The notes below the pieces were generated by a model. That model was not told where the DNA came from. It was given only the letters and a program-made list of their open reading frames with translations, and did no database searches. A DNA stretch of 64,000 bases from Takakia lepidozioides (taxonomy: Eukaryota; Plantae; Bryophyta). The stretch spans positions 64,542,001-64,606,000 of the forward strand of contig CM060732.1 in assembly GCA_030704615.1 (NCBI GenBank). Reading direction: 5' to 3'. The position numbers and the translations under genes were made by a program. Shown one piece after another: positions 22,537 to 36,471 of the stretch (position 1 is the stretch's first letter; the number at the start of each line of letters is the position of its first letter).

Positions 22537-23719
22537 GTGATCCATAACATTGTCCAAGGCATGCCCGTCCAACTTCCTGCCCACAAAGTCCCCGACACTC
22601 AGAATATGGCTTTCCAGGAAACTCTTGCTTGCTCCAAGCACAATTGCGGAGGTGGTGGTTGTTCAACTTGGACATTGTTTGAACACTCTCCCTGCGATCC
22701 CCCTTCGCCACAGGATGGTTGTGCAATCCGAAGTGTACACAGGCTCTAGTCATGTTTTTCAAACGGTGAACAACATAGTACTTGCGTGCTGCACACATTG
22801 CCAGACAGGAAGGCGCTTGTTTGCAGAACTTGCAAACGAAAGTGTTGAAACTTGGAGGTGCCTCACTGGGTTTGAATGGATTTTCGGCGACATCCTCCCA
22901 CTCGCACTGGTTGTGAACCTTGAACCGTTGGAAATGCCTACAATTCAAATTCTCGCACATGAGGTGCCCATTGCACAGGCTTCTCCAAAAGACGAGGTTG
23001 TCATGATTTTGAATATTGGATGTCTTCGTTCTGCACCACGGGTGTCCATCTCCTCTCTTGTCCATTCCTTGCATGAGGCTAGTGACGGGTCCATCCTGCC
23101 CAGGTGGAGGTAGCTCAAAACTGACATCCCCATCATAAGCATTCGGCAGGAACTCCACACACTCAATAGGGACTGTCTCCCAGTCAATCCCCCGCAATTC
23201 ACTCTGGAAACCGGGCATTCCTCCCATTGACTTCAGTTTAGGAATGACACTGATGAGGTGTGTCACTTCCGGTTTGACGAAAGGCAGTGTTTGCACATAA
23301 ATTGGGATGTTGGGAATGTCCTCGGAGGAGGAGTCTGAGAGCTCAACTATTGGGGTGGAAGTAGTGGTCTCCGTCTTCACGACGATATTCCTTTTCTCTT
23401 GAGCAACAAAACCAGTTGTTCCCGTGGAGACATACGAACCACTGGACTGCCGCCGAGGAGCTCCGACGATCCTGTATCTTCCTGGAAGCACTCTCCACTG
23501 ACTCACAAGAGAATTATCATCCGGTTTCTGAAATGAGTACTTGATCAACTTCCCATGCACATCGTAGACCTCTTTTTCAAGGAAAACAGTACCAATCTGG
23601 TACTCGAAATGGGTTGCCAGGAGATGCTCTTGCGCAATTGCGTAACCATTGGAATCAGCATCCTTCGAGAAAGGGACAGGCTTTTCCGTAGAGTAAAACT
23701 CCGCTTCAGCCGAACCCAT
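22537..23719 (-). pseudogene. Copy C transposase N-terminal part (GCM-like Zn domain)
   Basis: MGSAEAEFYSTEKPVPFS...WCRTKTSNIQN...HFGLHNHP...LDNVMDH, then broken. Confidence 0.87.
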
Positions 23720-24335
23720 GGTGGAGGACGACTAATTCCGAAGTAGACGGAGCTCAAAAGTGGAGAGGCCCACGACTCCCGTGGATATCTTTCATCAATA
23801 CATGACAGACAGTTAAAGGGTCATTGAAGAACAGTTGTGTAAACAGTTGCTAAAACAGATGTGAAACAGTTATGTGCTTGCCCACACCCAGTGCAAAAGA
23901 CGGCTAAGCCGGAAAATTTGGGATATGTAATGTTTCCAGGCACGTGGGCCCAGACATTGCATTCATAGCACGGCTGCCAGAATGGGTGCAGAACCAATGA
24001 GAAGTTCTGAACCGCCGGAATGCGAAAATCAACTTGCACATGTATGGACATCGAATCCAGGGTATGGCCATACAGACACAAGAGGTGACGGCGTCCAGTG
24101 CCAAATGCACAAATGTTTCTGTGCTACGTGGACACGTGTGAGGGGAACCCATGCATAACCGTCGCGAGCGTTGCCCTGCCTGCATCCCCTCGCACAACGT
24201 TTTTGGGCCCAACAGACCCTCATTTTCAAGCTGGAGACTAGAAGGAGACTCAGTTCCCACCGAGAGAGCAGCAGGCGTAGAAGGCAGTTTTTTTTTTTCA
24301 CCTCAGCGCGAGAGAGGAAGAGGGCGAGAGAGAGA

Positions 24336-27300
24336 ATGAGAGGTTGCAAGCTCGAGTTGACGCTGCAAGAGATAGCAGAGGAGAGTTCGGCCCTGGATGC
24401 AGAACACATGACGGCGCAGGACCAGGTGATCGGAGCTGCCGAAGGAGGGGATGAAATACCATCAGATAGCGACATAGAGGATATGGACACAGAGGAGCCC
24501 GACGCTGTTGCTAAGGAGCCCATGCCAAAGGGGAAGAGTGTTGTTGAGAACGAGGCGACTCTGAAGAGGAAGCAGGCTGCGCAGACCTCCATTGCCGCTG
24601 CAACCAAGGCTTCAGGGAGTGCACCCCCGAAAGCACCAAAGGTTATGATCTTCCTTCCTGTATTCTACTGCAGTTTGAAGGGCATGAAATTGCGTGCGCT
24701 GACGCATGCAATTTCATGCCCTGCATTATTGTCTTTTTCCACTTCAGAGTGGAGTGACGGACATCAACGTGGGCTACATAGCAGGGCCTTTGAGAGCACC
24801 TCCTGAAAATTGCGTGCGTCAACGCACGCAGTTTCTAGAGATGCTCTCAAAGCCACTTTCTGCACTCAACATCTCTAAATGGAGCCATCAATAGAGGGAG
24901 ATGGGCTGCATTATTCGTTTACTGATATCAGCTACAGAAATCTCTGAATGTCCCTAAAAGAAACCCCAGAAATTGCGTGTGTCAACGCACACAATTTCGG
25001 AGGGTGCTCTTAGGGACACGCAGAGCTCTAAACAGATCTGACGAAAAACTCTTCATTGCACCCTCCAAAACTGTGTGCGTTAACGCACGTAATTTCTATG
25101 GGTTCTCTGAAGGACATTCTCCTGAGTATCGGTCTGTCATTTTTGAGATCAATGCACATGCGTATCTTGAAGTTGAAGAGAGGATGTACAGTCAGTAGAG
25201 GCTTCAGAAATGCATGCGTCAACGCACTCAATTTCAGAGGGTGTTGTTATGGACATCCAGAGCTCTAAACAGATCTGAAAATGTCGAATGTGTGAGCACA
25301 AGAATATCGTCTTAAATCCACGAGAGACACTTCAGAGAACCCACCGAAATTATGTGCGTTGATGCACGCAATCTCTAGGTTAGTACTTAAGCACAGTCTC
25401 TTTCGTATGGGTCTCTCATTTCTGAAAACAATGCACATGCATAGTCTGTAGAGGCATCAGAAATGCGTGCGTCAACGCACTCAATTTGTGACATTGCATT
25501 TACATGGATAAATTTTCTATTTCAATGCAGGCGAAGAAAATGAGAGGTGTTCCCCTGGAGATGGATGAAGACGAAGAGCACGAACTTGTTGTTGTAGAGG
25601 AGGAAGACGATGGCAGGCCATACCAGGACAGGGCAAAAGATCTGTTGTCGTTCTCGAAAGTGAACTCTGCCCAAGTCATCAAGGCCATGGGCGTTCCTGG
25701 GGGTAAATTAATGATCCCACTGTGCAGGTTGATCTCCATGCCGTTCGTCCGACCAGCACTCACGAATGACATTGCAAAGCTGGAACAAGATTTTTTCCAT
25801 GGCTACGTAGAGGGTCAGTCTGTGTTTTACGTCTCGTTGGGCGACGCCAATGGCAGGGAAGTTTTAGTAGACGAGACCATTGTTGGAGGCTGGGATCCAA
25901 TTTGGCGACGTATCAACGCGGAGTTTGAATCAAGCATTTGCAAGAGGCTTGTTACACAGGCTTTCTCAGGCAAGATGTTCCATGTCTGGGATGGCAACCA
26001 CCGATTGCTAGCCTGGTAGAACATGATATTGAGGTATCATAACACTGAGGAGGAGTGGCACTATTGTGTGGCCTCCATGGTGCTGGATCCCAAGGGAAAC
26101 ATCATTGCGCTCTTGACAGCAATGCATGACATGAACAAGTAAGTGTCTTTCCTGAAATAACTCGGTTCTTTTCCTCATGTGTTTGGGAGTCAAATCGGAC
26201 ATGTCATGACATACCACTGCTTGTGGCAGGGGAACTGAAACCGTTCATGTTACAACAAACCTGATACACACCCTGTTCAGGATCCAGAATATTGGCCAAA
26301 TGCCCCTCAGCACATTCAAAGAGCATCCTCAGTCCAGAAACCTTCGCGAAATGCCAGACCTCCAAAACTTCAGACACATGGTACAAGTTGACAAGGGGAG
26401 CATTCATGGAATACATGTACACGGTTAGTATATCATCACCTAGCACTTCCATATTCTAGTACAATTCAAATTATTCTTTTATCTGATTTTGGATTGGTTT
26501 TGCAGCAAGAGATAGCGGAGGCTGGGGAGAGGGCCAAAATAGAGTACTACTTCAAAACCCCCAAGGGGATAATAACATTGAAAGGAGTGGCTGAAGCAAT
26601 GAAGTTAAAGATGAATGAGATTCGGAAGAAGATCATGAGCGCCTTTGTGAAACAGCTGAGAATGGCAGACCCTGCCTTTGGGCCTCAATTCTTGAATGAG
26701 GTGAGGAACCACTGGAACAACAATACGAAGCCAGAGATGACACAGGAAAAGCTGCATCGTTTGTCAACTGCAGTGGTGGATTCGGAGCAGAAAGTTAAAT
26801 GGTTGGAGATTTGGAATTCTGACTCAACAGTGAAGGACACATATTGCTTCCCAAGGGGGGAAAGAGACGAAAATACTGGCTACATCAGGCCATTCAGCGA
26901 TCAAGTTTTCGATACATGGCTGCACAAAGCCACATACTGGAGCCAGGTAGTGTTGTGGACTGCCATATGTTGAATTTACAAAAGAATCTTCCCTAGTATG
27001 GACTTTAACGTTTGTATTCTGTCTGTTCACAGATTGAAGCTCGTGCGAACCAGGTGCTGGAGAAGCAGCTACATGCTTACAAGATAACGATGACCTTGCC
27101 CGAAGATACTATGGAGGATTACTTGAGACAGTGGAAGGCGACAACGTGGAGTAACTGTTTCTTCAGAGAGTTCGCCAAGGAGGGGGGCATATCCCGGACA
27201 AAAGAGTTCGAGGAGCAGTTCGGAGCCGAGGGAGCCATGAAAAGGGTCCTGTACAGGTGGGTCATTTGAACTAAGCAGGATCACCTTCTTCCTTTATGGC

Positions 27301-28513
27301 CCTCCACAATTGAGTACGTCAACACACACATTTTGGAGGGTTGGATCTCTGGACTGTTTTCCTATGTCTCATTGAATGCAGGTTCGTTTCTTGGAGACCC
27401 GCTCCCTATCTGGTTTTTCATGTTATCAGTTCTGGCCACAAATCATGTAGTTTCTCATCCACTTTCTGATACTGTGCCTGCATTGTTTTTTAGGTATATC
27501 AAGAACGTTCTGATTCCTGGGAACAACCTAAGCAAGTACCTAGGCTTCATCGACTTGTGGGCTGACTCCTCCAACAGCCACACCATGTACACTGCAGCAA
27601 TCCTCAGGGATTACGGTACATATCACCTCAAAGACTGCTGTTGGTATCTCGACATACCAAAATCAGATTGCCCATGGTATGAGTTGCAGACACGGAACCA
27701 CAACGACAATGCCGAGTCTTTGGCTCCTCTAACAGACAGGGAACTGCATGACAGAAACCTACGAAACCTCGCTGAGAAGTAACCTGCAGCCACACACACT
27801 CCGGCGAGAGGGAAGAGGAAGGGAAAGGGCACAAAGGACAAAGGGAAGGAGAAGAGCACCCAAGGGGATGCTGCTGTTGTAAAATTCCCACCTTTACTGT
27901 TGTATATTTCCCATCTTCGATGTGATTTTCATGTTTGGTCGTCGTTGTTTGCAGGTTTCGTCGGGGCGGGATTGGGTGAATGGTGCTCAGAAACCGTGTG
28001 CTGCAGACAGGGTGATTGTTGACATTCCGGACGGGTAGGCGTACCAGACATTCTCCCCACTGGCACTTGCCCAACCTGGAATGCATTTGACGAAAGGTAC
28101 TGGCGGTGGGTCTTCTCTTTTTGCAAATTGTTTCTGTCGGATGGAGGGGTTCTGGTTATGATTCAGTCCATCACTACACGCATGTGAGTAAGTTGAAATT
28201 GTGTATGAATCTTAGTTCTCGAACAGAACCCCCCACCATTCCCTTTTCTTCTATGTTCGCTAATGCATTGCGTTCACGTTGGTTTTTTAGGATATTGGAA
28301 TCTATCCCTTTGCTCAACGTCAGTGTTTTTCAGTCTGACTTCTTGTGCAGCCCTCCACGTTCGTACATCCTGCCAGAGTACACTGAGGCCATTGCTCGAC
28401 ATCAGTTGATGGACAAATCTCCCTCGTGTGCTCGGAAGCAGAAAAGGCACCTAGGAGCTGGGGTTTTCGTGTCTGATAGTGCCACAGTTTCGGGGGATAG
28501 TTGTAGTGATTGA
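24336..28513 (+). pseudogene. ParB-MTase cargo gene of copy C (stops, frameshifts, deletion of the SAM-binding half)
   Basis: Same exon structure as copy B. FHVWDGNHRLLAW; ADRVIVDIPDG...WNAFDERYWRWVFSFCKLFLSDGGVLVMIQS near 28000-28170. Last exon ...ILPEYTEAIARH... is homologous to B exon 10 (LLPVYAEAMALH). Confidence 0.82.
24687..25487. repeat. Palindrome array, copy C type (AAATTGCGTGC-GTCAAC-GCACGCAATTT), 7 copies in cargo intron 1
   Basis: Copies at about 24687, 24807, 24970, 25067, 25207, 25347 and 25460. One more degenerate copy lies at about 27309 in intron 5. Confidence 0.9.
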
Positions 28514-29664
28514 GACCATGCGTCAATGTAGTCCGGTTTTGGTTCGGGGCATATGGCAACTGCCAGACCTATTGTGTTCCAACACATTTATCTAATACAA
28601 TGCCTGCACACGCATGTGTGTTCCTGGTAATGTAGTTGAATGCTCGTTTCTCAAGTTCAAGGCTTGTATGCATTTGCAAATATGACTTCATTTTGTATTT
28701 ATGTCTTCACTTAGTCATTTTGAGCACACGTTTTAGTTGCAAGCCTTATGGCTGCATTATGTATGCACTATTGGCTTCAGCGCTAGATGAAGGGCACGAC
28801 ACTGATGCCTACAATTGGTTATGGGTCAAACAAGAACCTCGAACTCCTCATGCACAACTTTAATGGGTATGCTTACAACTAATGAATAAGCTTGAAAATG
28901 TTGGTGCTCTATCGACAGATATTAGCACATTGTACCTCACTAGCAAGGCGACCAGGTCACATTGATAGTCCACAGCCACTTCAGTGTAGAGATATGGTGC
29001 GTTCCTCCAGTGTGGTACTGAAATGGCTCACTATGTGTCGACACTGAAGAGGAAAACAAAAGTGAAGCGTGTTGCACGTGGAAAATGCTCCAGTAACCAG
29101 TGGGAAAATATCAAAGAATGGAATATGTGCCCGACATCTGCTGTGTTGTCTTATTCTATATAGGTTTCATAGGTCGACCTTTCCCCATATGGCAGACATT
29201 GGTTAAATCTTATCATGTGCTTCATGAGGGATTCTCTCATTGCTCATTCATCCTCTCTCACTCATCCACTGGATTTCATCCACATTCATCCATAACTACT
29301 CATCCACATCCATCCTCATTCGCAGCGTGGCATCCACATTCATTGTCTATCATCCTCATTAATTCATCCACAACCATTGTATATTCGGTCTCTGCAAATC
29401 ATTCAACAACATCGCCCACATATATTCCCTTTGAGCCGAATGCGCAATTCCGCGGCTATGGGCCCCCCTTCCACCTTTTCGGCCCTCGGTTATAAGTCGC
29501 TGCCTATGGAAATGACGTCAACCTGCCCGGATGTGGCATCTACCAAGCTGGCAGGGTGTGATGACGTGGAGTTAGACGCGGCCGCCTAGGCGGCAAGAAC
29601 TGCTGATGTGGTGTGAGCGTGGCTGCGCTCACGTGCTCACGCTTCAGCATCCCCCCTGTTTTCT

Positions 29665-30000
29665 TTGTGCACTTTGCAATAAAGTGTCCAAATTTTCCGC
29701 AACCGAAACATGGACCTTTAGACTTAACGTTATCAGGGGAACTCTTTTTTCCTTTGCTAAATCTCTGTCCCTTGTTCCATTTCCCTTTTCATCCCGAGCG
29801 ATTTGGTATAAAAGGTTGTTGATGATGAACTATCTCGTCGTGAGAAGTTGTTACTTAGGGCTTCTTCCTGTTGCATCTTTCCACATAGAATTGGAAAAGA
29901 AAGTTCATGTGTATAGCCCACGGTCGTGATAAATGACCCCCATGAAGGAGCAAGCTTTCAAGAAGTTGCATCACAACATCTTCTTCAATGACATCGAGAC
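29665..30000 (-). pseudogene. Copia gag remnant with CCHC zinc knuckle
   Basis: EEDVVMQLLESL...KGPCFGCGKFGHFIAKC on the minus strand. Confidence 0.8.
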
Positions 30001-32334
30001 CGCCAATCTTCACTACAAATAATTACTTGAGGTTATTTTTCTCTTATAATCCCTCTCTTTTTAATTAAATTTCAGGGCTTCCTCCATTGTCTTATAAAAC
30101 AAAACAAAACAAAATATTTGTTATCTTCATTTTGATCCAGCAATAATATTATGACATTTTATGAGATATTTTATAAAATACTATGATTTATGGCTCTCAA
30201 TTAGATCACGTTGGACAAATGCACCTCACCAATATTGAATAAATGGTATTACAAAGCATATTCGAAGGACCATAGACATAGATTTATTGCTTTTAAATTA
30301 CTTCATTATATTCATTGCTACCAACCGTATATCTCATTAACTAGGAAGAGCCATTATGCGACCAACCCTTTTTTTGAATATTTATTTTAAATGGAGCGGA
30401 GCCCTGTTCATCAAATTAAAGTACGAGGAAAAAATAACCTGGTGAAGAGCCGCATGTTCTATCTCTTTTTGTCCCTCATTTTTGTGTACTACCACGAACC
30501 CTCCAGGCCCCTGATTTTGAATGAAAGACATTATTATTTTCTTTTTCCTTTGACAATGTATGTCTTTACAAAGCATTGTAGCCAACTTGGTCTAACTAAC
30601 TAATCCATGCATAAGCCAAATCAAGTAATACAAGTGAGACAATATAAACTACCGGGGCAGTGCCTCCTTTTTCATCCTCCATGGTTGTACTTGAGGTTAT
30701 TTTTTCCTCAGCCCTGCCAGGGTCCCCTGTTTAAAAAAAGAAAAAAACAATACTACAATTGGAATGACAACATGTGAAATCTAATTCCGGCGCTATGGGT
30801 TTGTTCCCCTTCCTCTACCGGACTTAATCCTATCTGGGGAATGTAGTCGATAGATGGGCCTGGCAGAGAAGACGGAATCTCACGAAGAGGATGCAACTAA
30901 ATTGGACTTCCAAAACGCATTCATCCACACACTCAAGCACACCGTTACACCTAGCATACACTCGCGTAAGACCCAAAAGCCACCACCCCCACTGCACGCC
31001 AGTCTAGCTTAAATAGTATTAGGTCGTAATCTAATCTTAGTGCCACGTGGCACTAACATATAGGCCAGCCATATGCCCTTCCAGCATAGCCATAGAAAGA
31101 AGCCAGATCACCCAGATCCATTCTAATCTAATCCTAAACTAGCAGTTAGAATAAGACAACACCTAATAAAGGCATCTGCTGCTACCAGCTCATCCTCATG
31201 CGCAAGGTGTAAGTTTATCCAGACTTCATCCTGGCACCGTCCATCCCTAAATCATCCGGGGCGCATCCCTCCTCTGTTCGAAAAGGAATCCCAGCTCCAC
31301 AAACAACCTTGCAAAAATTGTGACTCCATATATTGGGATTGGATCATGTAGCACTTGATTTCAAAAAACAAAGAAAAAAAGAAAAAAAAGTAGGATGTTT
31401 ATTTTTTGGATTTTTCTTGTTTGAAGTGTATGTCGGCAATGACAAAAAGTTCACCTAAGAAAAAATGTCTACCAATGGTTTTTTGAAGTACAAAAACAGT
31501 TAGATTTTTCGACCTGGAAAATGGGTCAGCTACTCAACGGAATTATGGGGTTAAATTTGAAAATGCACCAAAAAACGCCATTAGTAGAGTGTCTGCTGGG
31601 CTTTCCTACCACGAAAGATGGGGCAATGCCAGCGCTCGTAATGGATGACCCTCAAAACCATAATCTGTTGATATACGGCGTAAATCAAGATGATTGGAAA
31701 AATACACACCAAACATATCCCACACTTCTCGCTCTCACCGGCCGGTTGATGGAAATATGCTGATTACCGAACAAATTGGAGTTATTTCGTCTACACTGGT
31801 TTGTACATGAATGTTGGATTTCCTACGTGCCACCTGTTATATAGCCACTTTTCCAACAATGCCACCTCCATATCTCGCCACATGGGTGCCATGAAGAATT
31901 GACATGTGGCCCTTTGGCAATTTTGGAAAAAAAGAAAAAGAACAAAGAAAAACCGATGACTACGTTCATTTCTTAAGTAAATCAGTAAGTCTTGGAAATT
32001 GAAATGACTATTATCATTGGTGGAATTAGAGATCATAGCCACAGCATTCCGGTTTTAATTTTCTTCCTCAAGTTATCCATAATAAAGTTCTCCAGGGCCA
32101 CTTTATCTTTAAATAAAAACCTTTGCCCAATTTTAATTTGAATTATTTTCACCTCAAAATAAGCCTTACTTACTTATAGTAGCATACCAACTTACTAAAA
32201 TGTGTGGATAAGCTCCTGCTCCTCCGCCGCCAGACTAAAGCGCAGTACCGTTACAAACTCACTAATCAACAGGTCGCCGCTTAATTACTCACTAATCTCC
32301 CACTAAGCCCGACTGGCTTCTGCCACCTGGCATC

Positions 32335-32345
32335 TGACCGTTGGG
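32335..32345 (-). promoter_or_regulatory. Candidate MSA (MYB3R, G2/M) element CCCAACGGTCA upstream of the TOG gene
   Basis: Matches the MSA consensus YCYAACGGYYA. CCAAT boxes at about 32571-32635. The motif is short, so a chance match is possible. Confidence 0.3.
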
Positions 32346-33291
32346 GATGCCTCCGTGACGTGTTGGGTATCGATAGGATCTGTCGACATGTGGGGCGCAC
32401 GTACAACATTCATTCATTCATTCATGCGGTACGTGCGTTCATTGAACATTCATTCATTTACTCATTCGCATATTGTATTTCTCAAATTTGGAAGGGCTAG
32501 CCTACTTATTGCGTTGTTTTCGTTTGCGTTGGACTTTTTTAAATAAACGCGTGTAGAGTGGGGTCCAGGGCCAATCAGGCGGCGTCGTGTACTGTGCAAC
32601 ACCCCAATTATTTGGTTCTCGCATAAACGACCAATGGCGCCTTTGGCGTACGCACAACTATCATCATCGTATCATTAGAGGGCGTTTATTATTTTGAAAT
32701 GGACCATCAAAGTGCATGGCTGCGCAGGGATGAAAAACAATTGTGCTGATTAGCCCCTCCAATAAAGGCCCAGCAGGCAGTTGAACCCACCACCTCCAGG
32801 GCGGCCACAGCCCGTTGCAGCTACACTGTGGCGGAACCTCTGGCTCTACCGGCGAGTGGGGTCGGGTCGTTTAGCCGGAGCGCGCCACTGTGGCGATTGC
32901 ACCCCCACCTCCCCTGGGCGGGCCCCTCTGAGAGAGACGCGATATTACGAGAGAGCCTGCAGTCTCGCTGTTCTCCCTGCGTACTGCGGCAGCTCTGTCT
33001 TCTTTGCTTCTGTCCCCACGCGCTATCGCTGTGGATTCCCTGTGTGCATCTGTCTCATCTGTCAGATCGTCTCTCACATTGAGATTTTCACATTTCGTCT
33101 TTTCGTTTCCTGAGCTTTATTTGGTGACCGGAGCTTTTCACACTGTCTTGGGAGATCGACTTACGCATTTTTTCAAATCTGGCATTTTCTTGCTAGGAAT
33201 TGGCGAGCTTTGTAGTCTGTTTTCTGTTCAAGAAGAGCGTGTGTGTTGGTGAATCGGGCGGGGGTGGTTGTCGCTTTTCGAAGCGTGCAAA

Positions 33292-35605
33292 ATGTCGGAG
33301 ACGGCCCTCAGAAACGTGAACTCTGTGTTCCTGTCGGAAAGGCGGAGTAACAGTGGGAAGAAAGGCTCCATGACAGTCTTATTGCCAGGTCTGAATGACG
33401 AGAATTTGGACATCAGTCGGGATAAATCCAAACTTTGTCAGCAGCCATTGGCTACCAGATCCTCCTGTGAGCCTAATGCACTCATGGAGGCTGCGACTGA
33501 GCCTAGCTCTTCGGAAATTGAGTACGTTCTTTCTGAGGATTTGAAAGGTTTGGTGGATGCCGATGTGCAACTGAAGGTGACCATTCTGTCGTATTCTCTT
33601 CAGTTTAAGCTGATTTCTAAGCTAGCCCTGCATTATTAGGGGATTCTGAAGCCAGTTACCGAGGTAGAAGACTTCTCTGGAAAAAATGTATTCCAGCAAG
33701 TTCTAGCCAGGGTATTGCCGATGTAGAGCTCTTCCTGAAATGGTATCGCTTTCTCTCCTGTTTCTTGGATTAGCAGATGTAGCACATATCAATGGAATGT
33801 GAAACAACCCTCATAATGCTGCAGGGGGTCTACTTTTTCATCACAACTCCTACCTGCTGATCCATTAGTGATGCATTTGTTATGTTCTGAGCTAAGGTCC
33901 TTAGCTTGACGTTCCCATACCATTGACAAGCTATTAGGTCTCTAATCATGTCGCCAATCACATACCGCGGTGATCTTTTCTCCTTCAGGAAGAAGCTTCC
34001 TTTGGCGAGTGAAGGCTCAGATAATTGCTGTATGAGTGAGCTACATGTAAGCTTCCATAACAATTTTGAGCTGTCAACCGCGTTGAAGGGCCTGACAAGA
34101 GGCTGTTCATGGAGCTTCCTGTGCAGACGTTGCTGGCCAGGTTGGATTCAAAGGAATGGATGACGGTCTTGGAGGCGCTGAACCATGTGCGGCAGCTCTG
34201 CATTTTCCATACAGCCTTGCTCCGACCCATCTTGTAAGTTACAAGGCTATGCTCATGTGTGTGTGCAGAAACATCATATTGGTGCCTGACTTTTGTTCTT
34301 CAAATATATAACGCAGGCATATTGAAGAACTGGCATCCGTTCTGACACAATATCTTTTGAAAACAGAGAGGCGGTGGCTGCTTTGATTATTAAGGCTATG
34401 AAAAATCCAAGGAGTGCATTATGTAAGACAGCAATTATGGCATCTGCAGATTTGTTCAGAGCCTACCAAGATCAACTGATTGATGTGCTGGACCCCCTGG
34501 TAATTGCCTTCTTTAAAAAATCATGTTATTTCTCTTCAGCTTAAGGCTCAACCACAGTCATTTGCTTGTGTAGTTGGCTTCTTCAGTGCTTATTATACTG
34601 CTAGTGATGGTGACAGCTCGGTTGATCAAGCAGCGCCAATCTGTGGCTCCCTTCAGCGGGAGTGAGGATGCATCTGTGGTTGTGTTGTTCTATGTCAAAG
34701 ATTCCCCTCCTTGACTATGGTCTCGTGTAGTGTAGTAGCCTCCTCTGCAAAGTCCCGTGTTAGAGATATGGACTGTAAACTGCAGGTAAAACAATGTTTC
34801 TTTTTGCAAGAGGATAGGCTCAATGTGGCAGTTGACTGTATCATGGCATCAAGCATACCTGATTTGTTGGTTCAGATCTGAAATTTGTGGTTGGATCATG
34901 CAGTTACTGCAGCTTTTGTTGAAAGCCTCTCAGGACAAGCGGTTTGTATGTGAGGAAGCTGGAAAGGCTCTTATGGAAATGACAACGTGGACGTCTCCCA
35001 CACCCATGCTCGAGAAGCTACAGCCTTATCTCGCTCACCACAATCCACGAGTGCGTGCCAAGGCAGCTATGTGTGTGTACCAGAGTGTCTCCAGGCTGGT
35101 ATGGCTGCCTTCATGTCGTCCCTGCCCGTTCACTTTGTTGGACTGTAGCCCGAATTTGTTTGCCATAAGCAAGTTTTCATCTAAGTATTCAAAAGAGTCC
35201 TATTTGCTGTTCAATTCTGGTTCAGGGCCCTGCAGTCTGCATTGTGTTCCTTTTGGTCTCCAGCGATCTTGTGCATGCTGGTAAATCTTCTGAAGCAGGT
35301 CTGTGAAGTATGTTCTCTTCCAGGGAGCGGAGGGCATCACAGAATATGGATTGGAGTCGCTCATTCAAATTGCGGCTGCGCAGTTGAATGACCGCCTGCC
35401 AGAAGCTCGAGATGCTGCACGTAAACTTGTAATAGACCTGCATTCAGCATATTGCAAATGTCCTCCTGAGGTCCCTGCCGTGCAGCAGACACTGGAGGTT
35501 GGAGATTCAGTCCTTGCTCAGGATCCTTGGGAACAGTTCTGCCTAAGCAAGCTCTCCCCTACCACAGCACAAGCAGTCCTGCGTATCACTTGCATTGCCA
35601 CTTAA
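33292..35605 (+). CDS. CLASP_N/TOG-domain ARM-repeat protein (TOGARAM/FAM179-like, plant type)
   Basis: Exons 33292-33576, 34127-34233, 34367-34499, 34904-35098, 35324-35605. Motifs LDSKEW, KNPRSALCKTAIM, LLLKASQDKRFVCE, NPRVRAKAA, LNDRLPEARDAAR. Confidence 0.88.
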
Positions 35606-36471
35606 TTTTTTTGACATCACTGGTTGGATACAAATGCACCTTGCTTCCTCCATTTTGGTGAGGCAACTTTGGCTAGTGGTCGGATGAAGTTTGCATCTGG
35701 GCAAACTCTGAATGTTCCCATCAGCTTGGCAGGCAATATGCCAGTGTAAAGACAATTGCATTTTGGACCAAACTGCTCCCATGGTAATTGACTGTGGTAG
35801 TTTGGAGCATGTTTTAGATTAGATCTCTTGGCATGAGGACTACCAGCATTTCAGTATCTCTCTGGATGCTATCAATCTTTTGTATTCAGTACTGATTCAC
35901 AGGCCAACCAGTTGCCTGGTCGTATTGGAAAAGCAGTACCCTTTGATTATTTTGTGTGCAACATATGCTGGGAAATTTCATTGAGGATGGACATTGATTT
36001 GGGAGGCAAGTGTTGGGATGCAGGATGTCTGATTTCCTTGAAAGAGCATGGTCCTTTTGACGTTATATGTCCAACACAAACTGAGAAGTGGCATTGAGTG
36101 GACAGATATGGATTGTCTGAGAGATGCAGGACATTTGTGTGCGATTTTCGAAAGCTTCTGGTCTGTTGCCCGGCCCACATGAGATGATCAAGATACTTCA
36201 CTATCCACCATGTGACTAAGGAGTCTACGCAAGATACCTATAAACTTCTCCGAATATCTTCTTGGATGAAAGACAAATGAAAAGGTACGAGTGCAAGGAT
36301 GAACAGTGGGGATATTATTTTAGCGTTAATAAATACCTAGAAAACAATAGGAGTCTATATTCGAGGCCCGAGAGGAAGTGAGCACTACATATAAAGTAGG
36401 ACAGAGAAGCAGGGTTGGTAGTAGGAGGGCAGAGAGATAAAGAGAGAGACGCAGGCACCGATTCATACGCC

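Larger units (their letters stand above)
20310..29655 (-). mobile_element. MULE-like DNA transposon copy C (9,346 bp), reverse orientation, internally rearranged
   Basis: Perfect 9-bp TSD CTGTTTTCT at 20301-20309 and 29656-29664. Removing C restores copia gag in frame (AKCTKKTASKAKW). Termini CAACGACGC... and ...GCATCCCCC match copy B ends. Confidence 0.93.
18152..30010 (-). mobile_element. Degenerate Ty1/copia LTR retrotransposon, split by copy C; RT deleted
   Basis: Order is gag (CFGCGKFGHFIAKC), WYLDSGA protease, LWHQRLGH, integrase (VHSDICGP, YTPQPNGVSERKN), RNase H (LYCDNRS, RSKHMEL). PPT AAAGGGGGGG is followed by TGTTGAG at 18232. The 5' LTR was not identified. Confidence 0.85.

Noticed and set aside
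30770-31320. Possible solo LTR or the copia 5' LTR
   Set aside because: No match to the 18152-18232 LTR remnant, and no clear TG...CA ends, TSD or PBS.
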